Source of the DNA: Candidatus Aminicenantes bacterium
GTDB taxonomy: Bacteria; Acidobacteriota; Aminicenantia; Aminicenantales; JAFGBC01
Reading direction: 5' to 3'
DNA: 64,000 nucleotides
Assembly: GCA_963702005.1 (NCBI GenBank)
Contig: OY969696.1
Location: 2,048,001 to 2,112,000, forward strand
Part shown: piece after piece, positions 55,627 to 64,000 of the stretch
How the letters are laid out: each line of letters starts with the position of its first letter
How positions within the stretch are numbered: position 1 is the first letter of the stretch
Notes under the pieces: model-generated
Told to the model about the DNA's origin: nothing
Databases searched by the model: none
What the model saw: only the letters and a program-made list of their open reading frames with translations
Position numbers and translations under genes: made by a program

Positions 55627-56577
55627 ATGCTTCGGATTTCTTACGAAACCGAAGGATTCCCACCGGGTACGATCCCAACCGGGAGATCAGAGCTGTCAAT
55701 AACTTGGGATGATGTGCTGTGGGCTGCGATAACGGTAGGGCGCCCAAATCGTTACTACGTGTTCCGCCATGGAGCATCATCAAGGTACGAGGCTTTATTC
55801 CGCTGGTCGTTGATAAGAATGGCGTTAGAGCAGAGCAATCCGGTCGGATCTCGCCTTCGCCGGACAAACGCCGCGAAGACCCTCGACCCGACCGAGAAAG
55901 GGGCGGTGAACTACTTCCTAGGTATGACGTTCTGCAAGTTATTTGCATGGAGGCTATTGAATACCCCATGGCTTCTTCATCTCGACGTGTTTCGGCCGCA
56001 ACTCAATCCTTTACTGATAGGGAGGTCCCGCCCTGATCTCGTTGGTATGGAATTCGGCGCTAACCGATGGCATTCGTTCGAATGCAAAGGGCGCATCAGT
56101 CCACCGGGCTCTGAAGTCAAGGCCAAGGCAAAGACACAAGCCCGACGTCTCGTCAGTGTGAATGCCACCGTTTGTACCCTACATGTCGGGGCGATCACGT
56201 ACTTCCAAAACGACGTGCTGCATTTCTACTGGTGTGACCCCGCGCCGGAAAAGAAGAATACAGTTGATATTTCTTTCATTGGAGATGCGTGGCGGCATTA
56301 CTACTCGCCGATTATGGAGATAATGAAGCCTGTAGAATTGCGGTCGTTTGTGGCAAGTACCGGAGCAAGCCTGAAAGTTGAAGGAGTAGATATCGAAGTG
56401 GGTGTCCATCCCGCGATAACGGATTTCCTCCTCAACAAGAAATGGGAGAATGCTCAGCGGGCTGTAGCTGAGGCCAAGACGGAGATTGCTGAAGCTGTAT
56501 ACCAGCCAGACGGGCTAATGGTGAAGGCTGGCGAATCATGGCATAAGCGCTTCACGGAGCTTGACTCAAAGGACTAA
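55627..56577 (+). CDS. Hypothetical protein, possible PD-(D/E)xK nuclease
   Basis: RPDLVG...SFECKG motif; 316-aa open frame. Confidence 0.55.
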   Translation: MLRISYETEGFPPGTIPTGRSELSITWDDVLWAAITVGRPNRYYVFRHGASSRYEALFRWSLIRMALEQSNPVGSRLRRTNAAKTLDPTEKGAVNYFLGMTFCKLFAWRLLNTPWLLHLDVFRPQLNPLLIGRSRPDLVGMEFGANRWHSFECKGRISPPGSEVKAKAKTQARRLVSVNATVCTLHVGAITYFQNDVLHFYWCDPAPEKKNTVDISFIGDAWRHYYSPIMEIMKPVELRSFVASTGASLKVEGVDIEVGVHPAITDFLLNKKWENAQRAVAEAKTEIAEAVYQPDGLMVKAGESWHKRFTELDSKD

Positions 56578-57108
56578 TATTTTAAGATAACCAAATATAA
56601 AATCGCCATCAAAAAGCTTACAAACAATAATATATTGAGAGAAGACGGGGGCGGGCTTAACGCTAGAGCACACTTCCAAGGATTCTAGAAGATCGGACAG
56701 TTCCTGACGGCTGGTCTTGTGTTCGACGAGCCAGCCGTTTTGGAGCCAATCTCTTAAGCTTACTGTCGTCGCCGATTAAAAATATCTTGGGTCCATTAAG
56801 GATAGACGTTAAACAATAGTGTTTTTATCGGAGTTTGGCGCGAAATCAACCAAAAATTCAATCCGCGAGGTGGATTCACGACTAAATAAGCGAAAGGGGA
56901 GTCAGGAAATCGTGGAGGGATAGGTATCAAATTTTCATTTTAGGGGGAAAAAATGACTCGGTTTCGGAATGGAGGGAGCTGTGTCGAAACAGGGCGAGAG
57001 AGAAGGAGGCGGGTTTTTCGTCTCCGACGGCGAAAAATATTTACTTGATCGGCGACGGCGCCCTTTCCGGGCGAGTGCAAGTTCTTCCCGGGAAACGCCG
57101 CGCTGGCC

Positions 57109-57621
57109 TTGGCGATCCCCGGCGAATCGATCCGAGTCTTCAGCATCGGCGAAGGCCGCGAAGTCATCCGCGTTCCCTATGCGCGGGCCTTCCTCCCGCT
57201 TGTCGGGAGCCAAATCCTGCTCGTAGACCGCGCCTGGCTCGCTCTCTATCGGGACGGGAAGGAGGTCTTCAGGCGTTCCCACGACCTCTATTATCCCAGG
57301 CTGATCTTGGCGGACCGGGAAAACCGTAACGCGTTGATCGGATGCCATCATGAGGTCGTTCTGGCGGACATTCAAGAGGGACGCATCGCCTCCCGCTGGA
57401 AAACGCCGGCTTCTTTCGACGTTATCAGTATCGGCGGGGGGCCCGGCCTCTATTTTTCCAAGGGGAATGACGGCAAATTCGTAGTGAATGCCGGTCTTTC
57501 CGCCCAATATGCGATGACCGGGCCTCTTAGGGAGGAATTCCTGGGACACGATACCGAATTAAGAAATTCGGTTCATTTCCCGGAATTCCCAAATTTCGAG
57601 AATGAGACATCTTCTCGGTAG
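57109..57621 (+). pseudogene. Probable gene fragment (hypothetical)
   Basis: Coding-like frame with no clear start; its 3' end runs into a family A repeat. Confidence 0.25.
57534..57590. repeat. Family A palindromic repeat
   Basis: GAATTCCTGGGACACGATACCGAATTAAGAAATTCGGTTCATTTCCCGGAATTC. Confidence 0.75.
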
Positions 57622-57653
57622 CGAGCGTTCATTCATGTAGGCGGTACATCGGC

Positions 57654-57765
57654 TTGACCCGTTCGCCGACGCCAAGCCCCGCCTTTCAAGGCGGGGATGA
57701 GAGGCGAGGCTCAGGGTTAATCATGACAAGCCCCGGCCTTCAGGCCGGGGAGTCGATGATTTAAC
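57654..57765. mobile_element. Family C palindromic element (copy 3)
   Basis: Near-identical to 6383-6494. Confidence 0.65.
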
Positions 57766-57855
57766 AAGTGGAACGCCCGAAATGCCGTTAAATAAGCTCT
57801 ATTTGATAATTAGGGGAAAGTGTTATATATTATACGCCATAGATAGGCCCAACAG

Positions 57856-58665
57856 ATGATTAACGACGCTCATAATATAACAAGAACTCCCCTTGGAAGG
57901 ATTGAATCCTTCCTGATTATTAAAGTCGCCCATCTCCCAACTTTCTCCATCGAGGACGCCAGAAGGATTCTTGGGCCAAAGCAGGGGCGTTTTGTCCCGC
58001 AAGTCCTTGACCGGATACGAGAAAAGGGGTGGATCGAACGGGTAAAGCGCGGGCGTTTCGCGGTCATTCCTCTTTCCTCGGGAGATACGCGCACTACCCA
58101 GCTTCATGAATTCGTCATTGCCATGGAACTCGTCGAGCCCGCCGCTGTCGCCTATTTTTCGGCCTTGAGCCATTACGGTATGACGGAACAACTGCCGAGG
58201 ACGGTGTTCATTATGACCGATCACCCGGTCCGCCGTCCGTCCAAGCACTCGCTGGGCTTTACGTTCAGGATCATCTCCGTCCGGAAGCGGAAGTTCTTCG
58301 GCGTCAAGAAGGCCTGGATCAACGAACTGCCGTTCATGATCACGGACCGGGAGAAGACGATCATCGACGCGCTCGATCTGCCGAAGAATGCAGGCGGGAT
58401 CGGCGTCGTTGCCGCGGCGCTCCGGTCCCACTGGAAAGAGGTCGACGAACTCCGCCTTCGGGATTACGCGGTCAGGATCGGCAACTCCGCGGCCGCGAAA
58501 CGGCTCGGATTCCTGATGGAGACGCTCGGCGTCGGCGACGCGGAAGCCCTTCGCGCTTTGGTGAAGCCGGCTTCCGGCTACCCTCGTCTCGACCCCACTT
58601 TGCCCGCACGAGGAAAATACAACCGGCGCTGGGGGCTCCTCATTAATTCAAAGGCCGGCGCGTGA
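57856..58665 (+). CDS. Type IV TA antitoxin, AbiEi family
   Basis: wHTH (GWIERVKRGRF), SALSHYGMTEQLP, TDREKTIIDAL, KRLGFL. Confidence 0.85.
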   Translation: MINDAHNITRTPLGRIESFLIIKVAHLPTFSIEDARRILGPKQGRFVPQVLDRIREKGWIERVKRGRFAVIPLSSGDTRTTQLHEFVIAMELVEPAAVAYFSALSHYGMTEQLPRTVFIMTDHPVRRPSKHSLGFTFRIISVRKRKFFGVKKAWINELPFMITDREKTIIDALDLPKNAGGIGVVAAALRSHWKEVDELRLRDYAVRIGNSAAAKRLGFLMETLGVGDAEALRALVKPASGYPRLDPTLPARGKYNRRWGLLINSKAGA

Positions 58666-59483
58666 TCACCAGCGCTGAACTTCATCGAGCGGCGAAGAAA
58701 GAGGGACTGCGGTTTGACCAGGTCGAGAAGGACTATGTGGTTCTATGGGTGCTTTCTTCTCTCAGTAAGGCGCTTGGCGATAGTCCCAGATGGGTGTTCA
58801 AGGGAGGGACATGCCTCCGGCATTGCCATTACGCCGGTTACCGATTTTCCGAAGATATTGATTATTCTTGCCGTTCGGAAGGTGATAACGTCGCCTCGGG
58901 GGTCGAGATTGTTAATGACGCCGGGCGGTGTATAGCCGAAGAAACGGGAATGGAGATCATCGTCAAGGACGGACTGGTATCGGGAGGGGAAGAGCAACTT
59001 GAGATTCCGGTCCAATATTCGCGAGGCGGACCGCGTCGGCAGGGTCTTCCCACCGTCAAGGTCCATCTCACTTTTGATGAACCCATTCTCATCCAGCCCG
59101 AAGTCTGCAAGGTCAATCCTCCCTATTCCGATCTTGGGCCTTTTAGTATTTCCGCTTACGGCAAACTCGAGATCATAGCGGAGAAGATGCGCGCACTCCT
59201 ACAACAACTCGAGAAGTGGCCGCGGCCGCGTGACCTCTATGATCTTTGGTTCATGTTGTGCTCGAAAAGGGAAGATATCTCCCATGAGCGAATACGAACG
59301 CTTTTCTTGGAAAAGTGCGGGGCGAGACGTATTGAGCCCGATTCCAAGGCGCTGATCTCGGACAAACTCAAGGAATGGAATCGGAGCGCATGGAAAATTC
59401 AGCTGGAACCGATGATGAAAGTCGTTCCTGACTACGATGCGGTTTGGGATGATTGGATGAGAAAATGCCGAGAGATATTTTGA
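58662..59483 (+). CDS. Type IV TA toxin, AbiEii nucleotidyltransferase
   Basis: VEKDY, FKGGTCL, RFSEDID, AEK, RPRDLYD. Confidence 0.9.
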   Translation: MITSAELHRAAKKEGLRFDQVEKDYVVLWVLSSLSKALGDSPRWVFKGGTCLRHCHYAGYRFSEDIDYSCRSEGDNVASGVEIVNDAGRCIAEETGMEIIVKDGLVSGGEEQLEIPVQYSRGGPRRQGLPTVKVHLTFDEPILIQPEVCKVNPPYSDLGPFSISAYGKLEIIAEKMRALLQQLEKWPRPRDLYDLWFMLCSKREDISHERIRTLFLEKCGARRIEPDSKALISDKLKEWNRSAWKIQLEPMMKVVPDYDAVWDDWMRKCREIF

Positions 59484-59545
59484 ACGAGTGTTCCGAATCC
59501 GTAAGGCTCTAAGAAAAATCGGACTCAGTACTAGAGGGAAGCCGC

Positions 59546-60280
59546 ATGGCGTATGAAACGGCGATCGAGTGGACGGAATCGACATGGAATCCGGTGACGG
59601 GGTGCTCTAAAATCAGCGCCGGATGTCTAAACTGCTATGCGGAACGGATGGCCAGGCGGCTTCAAGCCATGGGGGTTGCGAACTATGCTAGAGGATTTTC
59701 TGTTGCGCTACATGAAGAAGCGCTGGATCTTCCCAAAAAGTGGCGCAAGCCAAGGACGATATTCGTCAATTCGATGAGTGATTTATTTCATGAGGGCGTG
59801 CCCGAAGCATTCATTAGGCGAGTGTTTTCCATGATGAACGGAGTGCGACAGCATCGGTACCAGATTCTTACGAAAAGATCAGAAAGGTTAACACAGCTTG
59901 CTCCGTCCCTGCCTTGGACTGAGAATATCTGGATGGGCGTGACCGTGGAGGATGAAAGGAACGTTCATCGCATTAATCATCTCCGAAAGAGCCCTGCGGT
60001 CGTCAAATTCCTTTCCTTGGAGCCTTTGCTGGGGCCGATCTCGAGCCTCGTGCTGGACGGAATCGACTGGGTCATTGTCGGAGGGGAGTCCGGACCAGGG
60101 GCGCGGCCGATCGAAGAGCGATGGGTTTTAGATATCAAAGAAAAATGCTTGGGCGCGGATATCCCGTTTTTCTTCAAGCAGTGGGGCGGCGTGAAGAAAA
60201 AGAAAGCCGGCCGCCTTCTACAAGGTAGAGTCTGGGATCAGGTGCCGGATGTTCGGATAGGTAGGGCCGAAAAGCTCTGA
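59546..60280 (+). CDS. Phage Gp37/Gp68 (DUF5131) family protein
   Basis: WNPVTGCSKISAGCLNCYA, NSMSDLFH, GGESG, FFFKQWGG. Confidence 0.9.
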   Translation: MAYETAIEWTESTWNPVTGCSKISAGCLNCYAERMARRLQAMGVANYARGFSVALHEEALDLPKKWRKPRTIFVNSMSDLFHEGVPEAFIRRVFSMMNGVRQHRYQILTKRSERLTQLAPSLPWTENIWMGVTVEDERNVHRINHLRKSPAVVKFLSLEPLLGPISSLVLDGIDWVIVGGESGPGARPIEERWVLDIKEKCLGADIPFFFKQWGGVKKKKAGRLLQGRVWDQVPDVRIGRAEKL

Positions 60281-60343
60281 GAGTGCTTCGCCGAGGAGAA
60301 CGTCGTAGGCATTCCCCCGCCGGTCGGGCGCTACAGAGAACCG

Positions 60344-60760
60344 CTAGGCTCCAGGCTTCGGCTCGAGCAAACGCAAGAACGCGTGGGGGTTAAGGATCTT
60401 AATTCTCATGTAGCTTCGGATCGCCCGCAAAGCTTTATCGCCGGATATGATCGCGTCGGCTTTGAGGGCGACGGCGCAACTTATGAACTTATCGTCGCCC
60501 GGGTCGGCCTTGACGACCTTGAGCTTGGGCGAACGGGCCGCAAAAAGGATATGATGCCCCCCCGCGAAAAGGTCGAGAAGCTCCTTGAGCTCGCCTTCGA
60601 CGCCGAGCCCGAGCCGCTCGAGTACGTCCGTATATTCTTCGACGATCTCCGCCGACAAACAGAGGACGATATCCCCCGACTTCCAGAGGTCGATGACGCG
60701 GCGCGGATGTCCTCCAAAGAACGAGGAGACGAAGACGTTGGTGTCGATGACGACTTTCAT
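60344..60760 (-). CDS. PIN-family toxin
   Basis: MKVVIDTNV, DPGDDKFISCA, IISGD; true start at 60760. Confidence 0.87.
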   Translation of the reverse strand: MKVVIDTNVFVSSFFGGHPRRVIDLWKSGDIVLCLSAEIVEEYTDVLERLGLGVEGELKELLDLFAGGHHILFAARSPKLKVVKADPGDDKFISCAVALKADAIISGDKALRAIRSYMRIKILNPHAFLRLLEPKPGA

Positions 60761-61005
60761 CCGCGCTTTTCTCTGACCGAGGCGACGGCTTTGGCGATAT
60801 CGGCGGGGCCGGCGCCGCGGGAAGCTAATTTCGTCCCGATCCGGGCCCAGAGCCCGTCGATATAGGCTGCGATATCCCGTTCCTTGATGTAGCCGCGGAT
60901 GAGCTCCCGGACCATCTGGCTCGTCGTTTTCCCCTCGGACCGGGCCAGCCGCGAAAGCCGGTTCTTGAGGTCGTCGTCGAGGCGGATCATGAGTTGAGTC
61001 GGCAT
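60757..61005 (-). CDS. CopG/RHH antitoxin
   Basis: QLMIRLDDDLKNRL...SQMVRELI; ATGA-coupled to the PIN toxin. Confidence 0.82.
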   Translation of the reverse strand: MPTQLMIRLDDDLKNRLSRLARSEGKTTSQMVRELIRGYIKERDIAAYIDGLWARIGTKLASRGAGPADIAKAVASVREKRG

Positions 61006-61086
61006 CGGAAAAGCTCCTTAGTATTGCTTGTATATACAATATATCACATTGGAGGACTATGTCAAGCTTGATAGTCAAAAATCCTC

Positions 61087-61140
61087 TTGACAATCGCGTG
61101 AAATGTGGTATATTAGTACCACATGGTAAAAATAAACCAC
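61087..61140 (+). promoter_or_regulatory. Promoter and operator for the XRE gene
   Basis: TTGACA followed by palindrome ATGTGGTA-TATTAG-TACCACAT and a second TGGT...ACCA. Confidence 0.5.
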
Positions 61141-61153
61141 GTACGGGGATAAG

Positions 61154-61516
61154 ATGTCGAACTTCGGCAAATTCATAAAAGAGCTGAGGACGCGAAAAGG
61201 CGTGACATTGAGGGAGTTCTGCCGGCTGGCGAAGCTGGATCCCAGCAACTGGAGCAAGGTCGAGCGCGGCATCCTTCCGCCTCCCAAGAGCAGCAAGATT
61301 ATCGGCGATATCGCCAGCGTTCTTATGATCGAGAAAGGGACCGAGGATTGGAACATGCTGTTTGACCTGGCCGCCATCGGCCATATCCCGGCCCAGCTCA
61401 TGTCCGAACCCAAGATGGAAGACAAGCTCACTGTCTTTTTCCGCGCGGGGCGGAGCGTCAAGGCGCCCTCGGCCAAGCAAATCAAGGAAATGATCGATAT
61501 TTTCAAGGGAAGATAG
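61154..61516 (+). CDS. XRE-family transcriptional regulator
   Basis: FGKFIKELR...TLREFCRLAKLDPSNWSKVERG. Confidence 0.85.
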   Translation: MSNFGKFIKELRTRKGVTLREFCRLAKLDPSNWSKVERGILPPPKSSKIIGDIASVLMIEKGTEDWNMLFDLAAIGHIPAQLMSEPKMEDKLTVFFRAGRSVKAPSAKQIKEMIDIFKGR

Positions 61517-61570
61517 GACCGACCGCTTTTTAAGCCTTCGTCCTTTTTTTAATTCCACATGGAGGGGTAT

Positions 61571-62671
61571 ATGAACCCGTATCTAAAAAATTATGTTGTC
61601 TCTTTTGAGCTCGGCCGAGGGAAGCGGCATGAAAACATGGCCGTTTTTCCGATCACGACGCAGAGCGACGGAGGCCCGGATTATCTGACCCTGAGAGAGG
61701 CGCTCGAGAAGGGCGTTTTCGCGGTCACCGAGGTCAGCGAGGGCGGCGCGGTGCCGAACCTCAAGGTATCGAACAAGGGGGAGATTGCCGTCCTCCTTCT
61801 CGACGGCGAGGAACTGGCCGGCGCCAAGCAGAACCGTGTCCTCAACACGACGATCCTGGTCAAGGAGGGGACGGAGGTAGTCATCCCGGTAAGCTGTACC
61901 GAGCACGGCCGGTGGAGCTATACGTCGAGGGAGTTCTATGAATCGGGCAACGTTATGGCGCCCAAGATGAGGGCGATGAGTCGGGGGGCGGTCGCGGCCT
62001 CGCTCGAATCGTCCCGTCAATTCCGGTCCGACCAGAGCGCGGTCTGGGATGGGATCGAGAGGATGGCCGGCGAGGCCGGTGCGCAATCGAGGACGGGCGC
62101 GATGAAGGATATTTACGACTCGAAAATGTCCGATCTCGACGGCCACATGAAGGCGTTTGGGTGCGGGCCGGGGCAGAAGGGGATTTTGGTCATGATCGGA
62201 GGAGAGGTCGTCGGGTTCGATTTCGTATCATGCGAGAGGGCTTTCGCCGTGCTCTTTCCGAAGCTCATCAAGAGCTACGCAATGGAAGCTTGGCTGGAGG
62301 GGCGGAAACGGGGGAGTGTGAAGGCGGAGAAGGGCGGGAAGAACGAGAAAAGCGGTCAGGGTGAGAAGCGCGATAAAGACGATACGGACCATAAAGGCGT
62401 TGAAAGCAGTAAAGGCGATGAAGGCGGTGAGAGCGGCATGGATATTACCAAAGCGCGGGCGTTTTTAGCGATCGCCGGAGAGTGCGACGAGAAAAGCTAC
62501 GACTCGGTCGGGTTGGGCAAGGATGTCCGGTTCGACGGGAAGGGCGTCGTCGGGTCGGCGCTCGTGGTGAACGACAAGCCGGTCCACGTCGCGTTCTTCA
62601 GCGCGACCGAGAGCGATAAAGCAGGATCCATGGCCGGCACGAGCCGGAGACGGAGGTTCAGGACGGGATGA
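61571..62671 (+). CDS. ARPP-1 / DUF6569 family protein
   Basis: GEELAGAKQNRVLN, IPVSCTEHGRW, DQSAVW motifs. Confidence 0.75.
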   Translation: MNPYLKNYVVSFELGRGKRHENMAVFPITTQSDGGPDYLTLREALEKGVFAVTEVSEGGAVPNLKVSNKGEIAVLLLDGEELAGAKQNRVLNTTILVKEGTEVVIPVSCTEHGRWSYTSREFYESGNVMAPKMRAMSRGAVAASLESSRQFRSDQSAVWDGIERMAGEAGAQSRTGAMKDIYDSKMSDLDGHMKAFGCGPGQKGILVMIGGEVVGFDFVSCERAFAVLFPKLIKSYAMEAWLEGRKRGSVKAEKGGKNEKSGQGEKRDKDDTDHKGVESSKGDEGGESGMDITKARAFLAIAGECDEKSYDSVGLGKDVRFDGKGVVGSALVVNDKPVHVAFFSATESDKAGSMAGTSRRRRFRTG

Positions 62672-62743
62672 GCGAGGATTCAGTCCCGGAATGGGGAGCA
62701 AGCAATATTTGGAAAGAAAAAATTCTTACGAGGAGTATATAAA

Positions 62744-62968
62744 ATGACTAATCCAAAGATCAAAATAGAAGACGATGAATTTGAAGATGAAGATGAACGC
62801 CTGTTGGATCAGGGACTTAAAGATGCTATAGAAAATCCAAGCGGAAAAATGATCCGGGCAGAGGATTTACCGGAAGCTCCAGACCTCCCTAAAGGGGATA
62901 CGACCCTAGTTGTCTTCTTGCAAAAAAAGCCCAAAAATAAAAAGGGAAAAGCGAAAGTTATAAATTAG
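62744..62968 (+). CDS. Small hypothetical protein
   Basis: RBS GAGGAG; 74 aa with acidic N-terminus and basic C-terminus. Confidence 0.5.
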   Translation: MTNPKIKIEDDEFEDEDERLLDQGLKDAIENPSGKMIRAEDLPEAPDLPKGDTTLVVFLQKKPKNKKGKAKVIN

Positions 62969-62985
62969 ATTGCTATCTTCATATT

Positions 62986-63043
62986 ATTATTCACCCCTAG
63001 GGTGAATAATTTACTTGACAACCAGGCAAACCATAACTATCAT
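62986..63043 (+). promoter_or_regulatory. Operator palindrome and sigma70 promoter
   Basis: ATTATTCACCC-CTA-GGGTGAATAAT; TTGACA (63015), 17 bp spacer, TATCAT (63038). Confidence 0.6.
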
Positions 63044-63070
63044 GTTTATGTTCACCCCGGAGACGAAGGG

Positions 63071-64000
63071 ATGCTTAAGCGCATTTATTCCGATCTGGCC
63101 ATTCCGCCCGGTGAATACCTTTCCGAAGTTCTTGCGACGAAAGCGATGACCCAAGCCGAGTTAGCCAGGCGTATCGGCCGACCTACTCAGGCGGTCAATG
63201 AAATCATCAAGGGGGCTAAGGCCATTACTCCGGCAACTGCGCTTCAACTCGAACGAGCCCTTGGCGTACCCGCCCAAATCTGGACCGGGCTTGAAAGCCG
63301 CTGCCAGCTCATTAAGGCGCGGCAAGAAGAGAGGGCGCAACTCCGCAGCGAATTGCCGTATCTCAAGAGCATCCCCTATAAGCGGCTAGCCGACTTAGGC
63401 CGTGTGGATAAGACGGGGGATAAGGAACATAAGATCGGGGAACTCCATCGGTTTTACGGAGTGTCGTCCCTTGAACACTTACCCGGAATCAAGGCCTATG
63501 CAGCATCTTTTCGGTGCGGCGGAGCGCGCGAGGCGTCCAATTATGCCTTGGCCGCATGGATGAGATGCGCGGAGCTGAAGGCTGCCGAGCTGCCCTCCGC
63601 TGCATTTGATAGAGCAAAGCTTTTAAGATCTCTAGGTGATATTAGAGCCTTAGGTCTGAAGGATCCGGCTGAATTCATGCCCAAGCTTAAAAGGATTCTC
63701 GCGGGATGCGGGGTCGTCCTGGTGATGCTTCCCCATTTCCCCAAGACATACGCCCATGGGGCGACGTTTTGGCGGAGATCCGGCAACGCCGTTCTTGCGA
63801 TGAGCATACGGGGGAAGTGGGCGGATATCTTCTTGTTTAGTTTGTTTCACGAGTTGGGACATATCCTTCTCCATGAGAAAAGAACCTTCATCGATAATCC
63901 CAGGGTTTCTCCGGAATCGGCGCGACAGGAAAAGGCGGCGAATGATTTCGCGGAGAGCTCGCTGATCGGGGCCGAGCTGCTTGAGTCATTTGTCCGCAAG
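63071..64000 (+). CDS. HigA-type HTH fused to ImmA/IrrE peptidase (runs off the window end)
   Basis: Manual translation: MLKRIYSDLAIPPGEYLSEVL...MTQAELARRIGRP...NEIIKG...FHELGH; absent from the ORF track because it lacks a stop in the window. Confidence 0.85.
   Translation, partial: MLKRIYSDLAIPPGEYLSEVLATKAMTQAELARRIGRPTQAVNEIIKGAKAITPATALQLERALGVPAQIWTGLESRCQLIKARQEERAQLRSELPYLKSIPYKRLADLGRVDKTGDKEHKIGELHRFYGVSSLEHLPGIKAYAASFRCGGAREASNYALAAWMRCAELKAAELPSAAFDRAKLLRSLGDIRALGLKDPAEFMPKLKRILAGCGVVLVMLPHFPKTYAHGATFWRRSGNAVLAMSIRGKWADIFLFSLFHELGHILLHEKRTFIDNPRVSPESARQEKAANDFAESSLIGAELLESFVRK

Noticed and set aside
56953-57110. In-frame TGA upstream of ORF 57109 as a second Sec site
   Set aside because: The upstream peptide is Arg-rich and not protein-like, and the following hairpin has a pyrimidine-only loop; more likely a decayed gene.
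1-64000. Genome-wide UGA reassignment (Trp or Gly) as the explanation for the 30302 TGA
   Set aside because: Many genes end at TGA at their natural C-termini (smc, sialate esterase, OmpA 16032, AbiEii) and Trp is encoded by TGG.

Overview
GC-rich bacterial window; the gene repertoire (Pro/Gly-rich TonB proteins, FecR/DUF6600, BNR propellers) suggests an Acidobacteriota/Aminicenantes-like organism, which is inference only. About 1-23.8 kb holds housekeeping and envelope genes: secreted hydrolases, two OmpA proteins, smc, a radical SAM enzyme, an HDAC, tRNA-Thr(CGT), an ECF sigma factor with an anti-sigma-TonB fusion, a frameshifted DUF4139 gene and a degenerate PAS-GGDEF. About 24-64 kb is a dense accessory/defence island: XRE-ImmA, DUF6884, DUF1016, several TA modules, AAA-DUF4143 ATPases, an IS200-type element, an Hsp70-TPR plus SF1 helicase pair, an HNH nuclease, a YprA-like helicase/SNF2/N6-methylase trio, AbiE, Gp37/68, ARPP-1 and HigA-ImmA. 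Top finding: a signal-peptide-bearing BNR beta-propeller gene (28991-31006) has one in-frame UGA (30302-30304) followed by a hairpin closely matching the E. coli fdhF SECIS, making it a candidate novel secreted selenoprotein. Other notable items are three families of structured palindromic repeats with covarying stems, an orphan promoter-to-terminator structured RNA candidate at ~22.45-22.74 kb, and a degenerate duplicate of the methylase C-terminus. All assignments come from motif recognition by eye; no searches were run.
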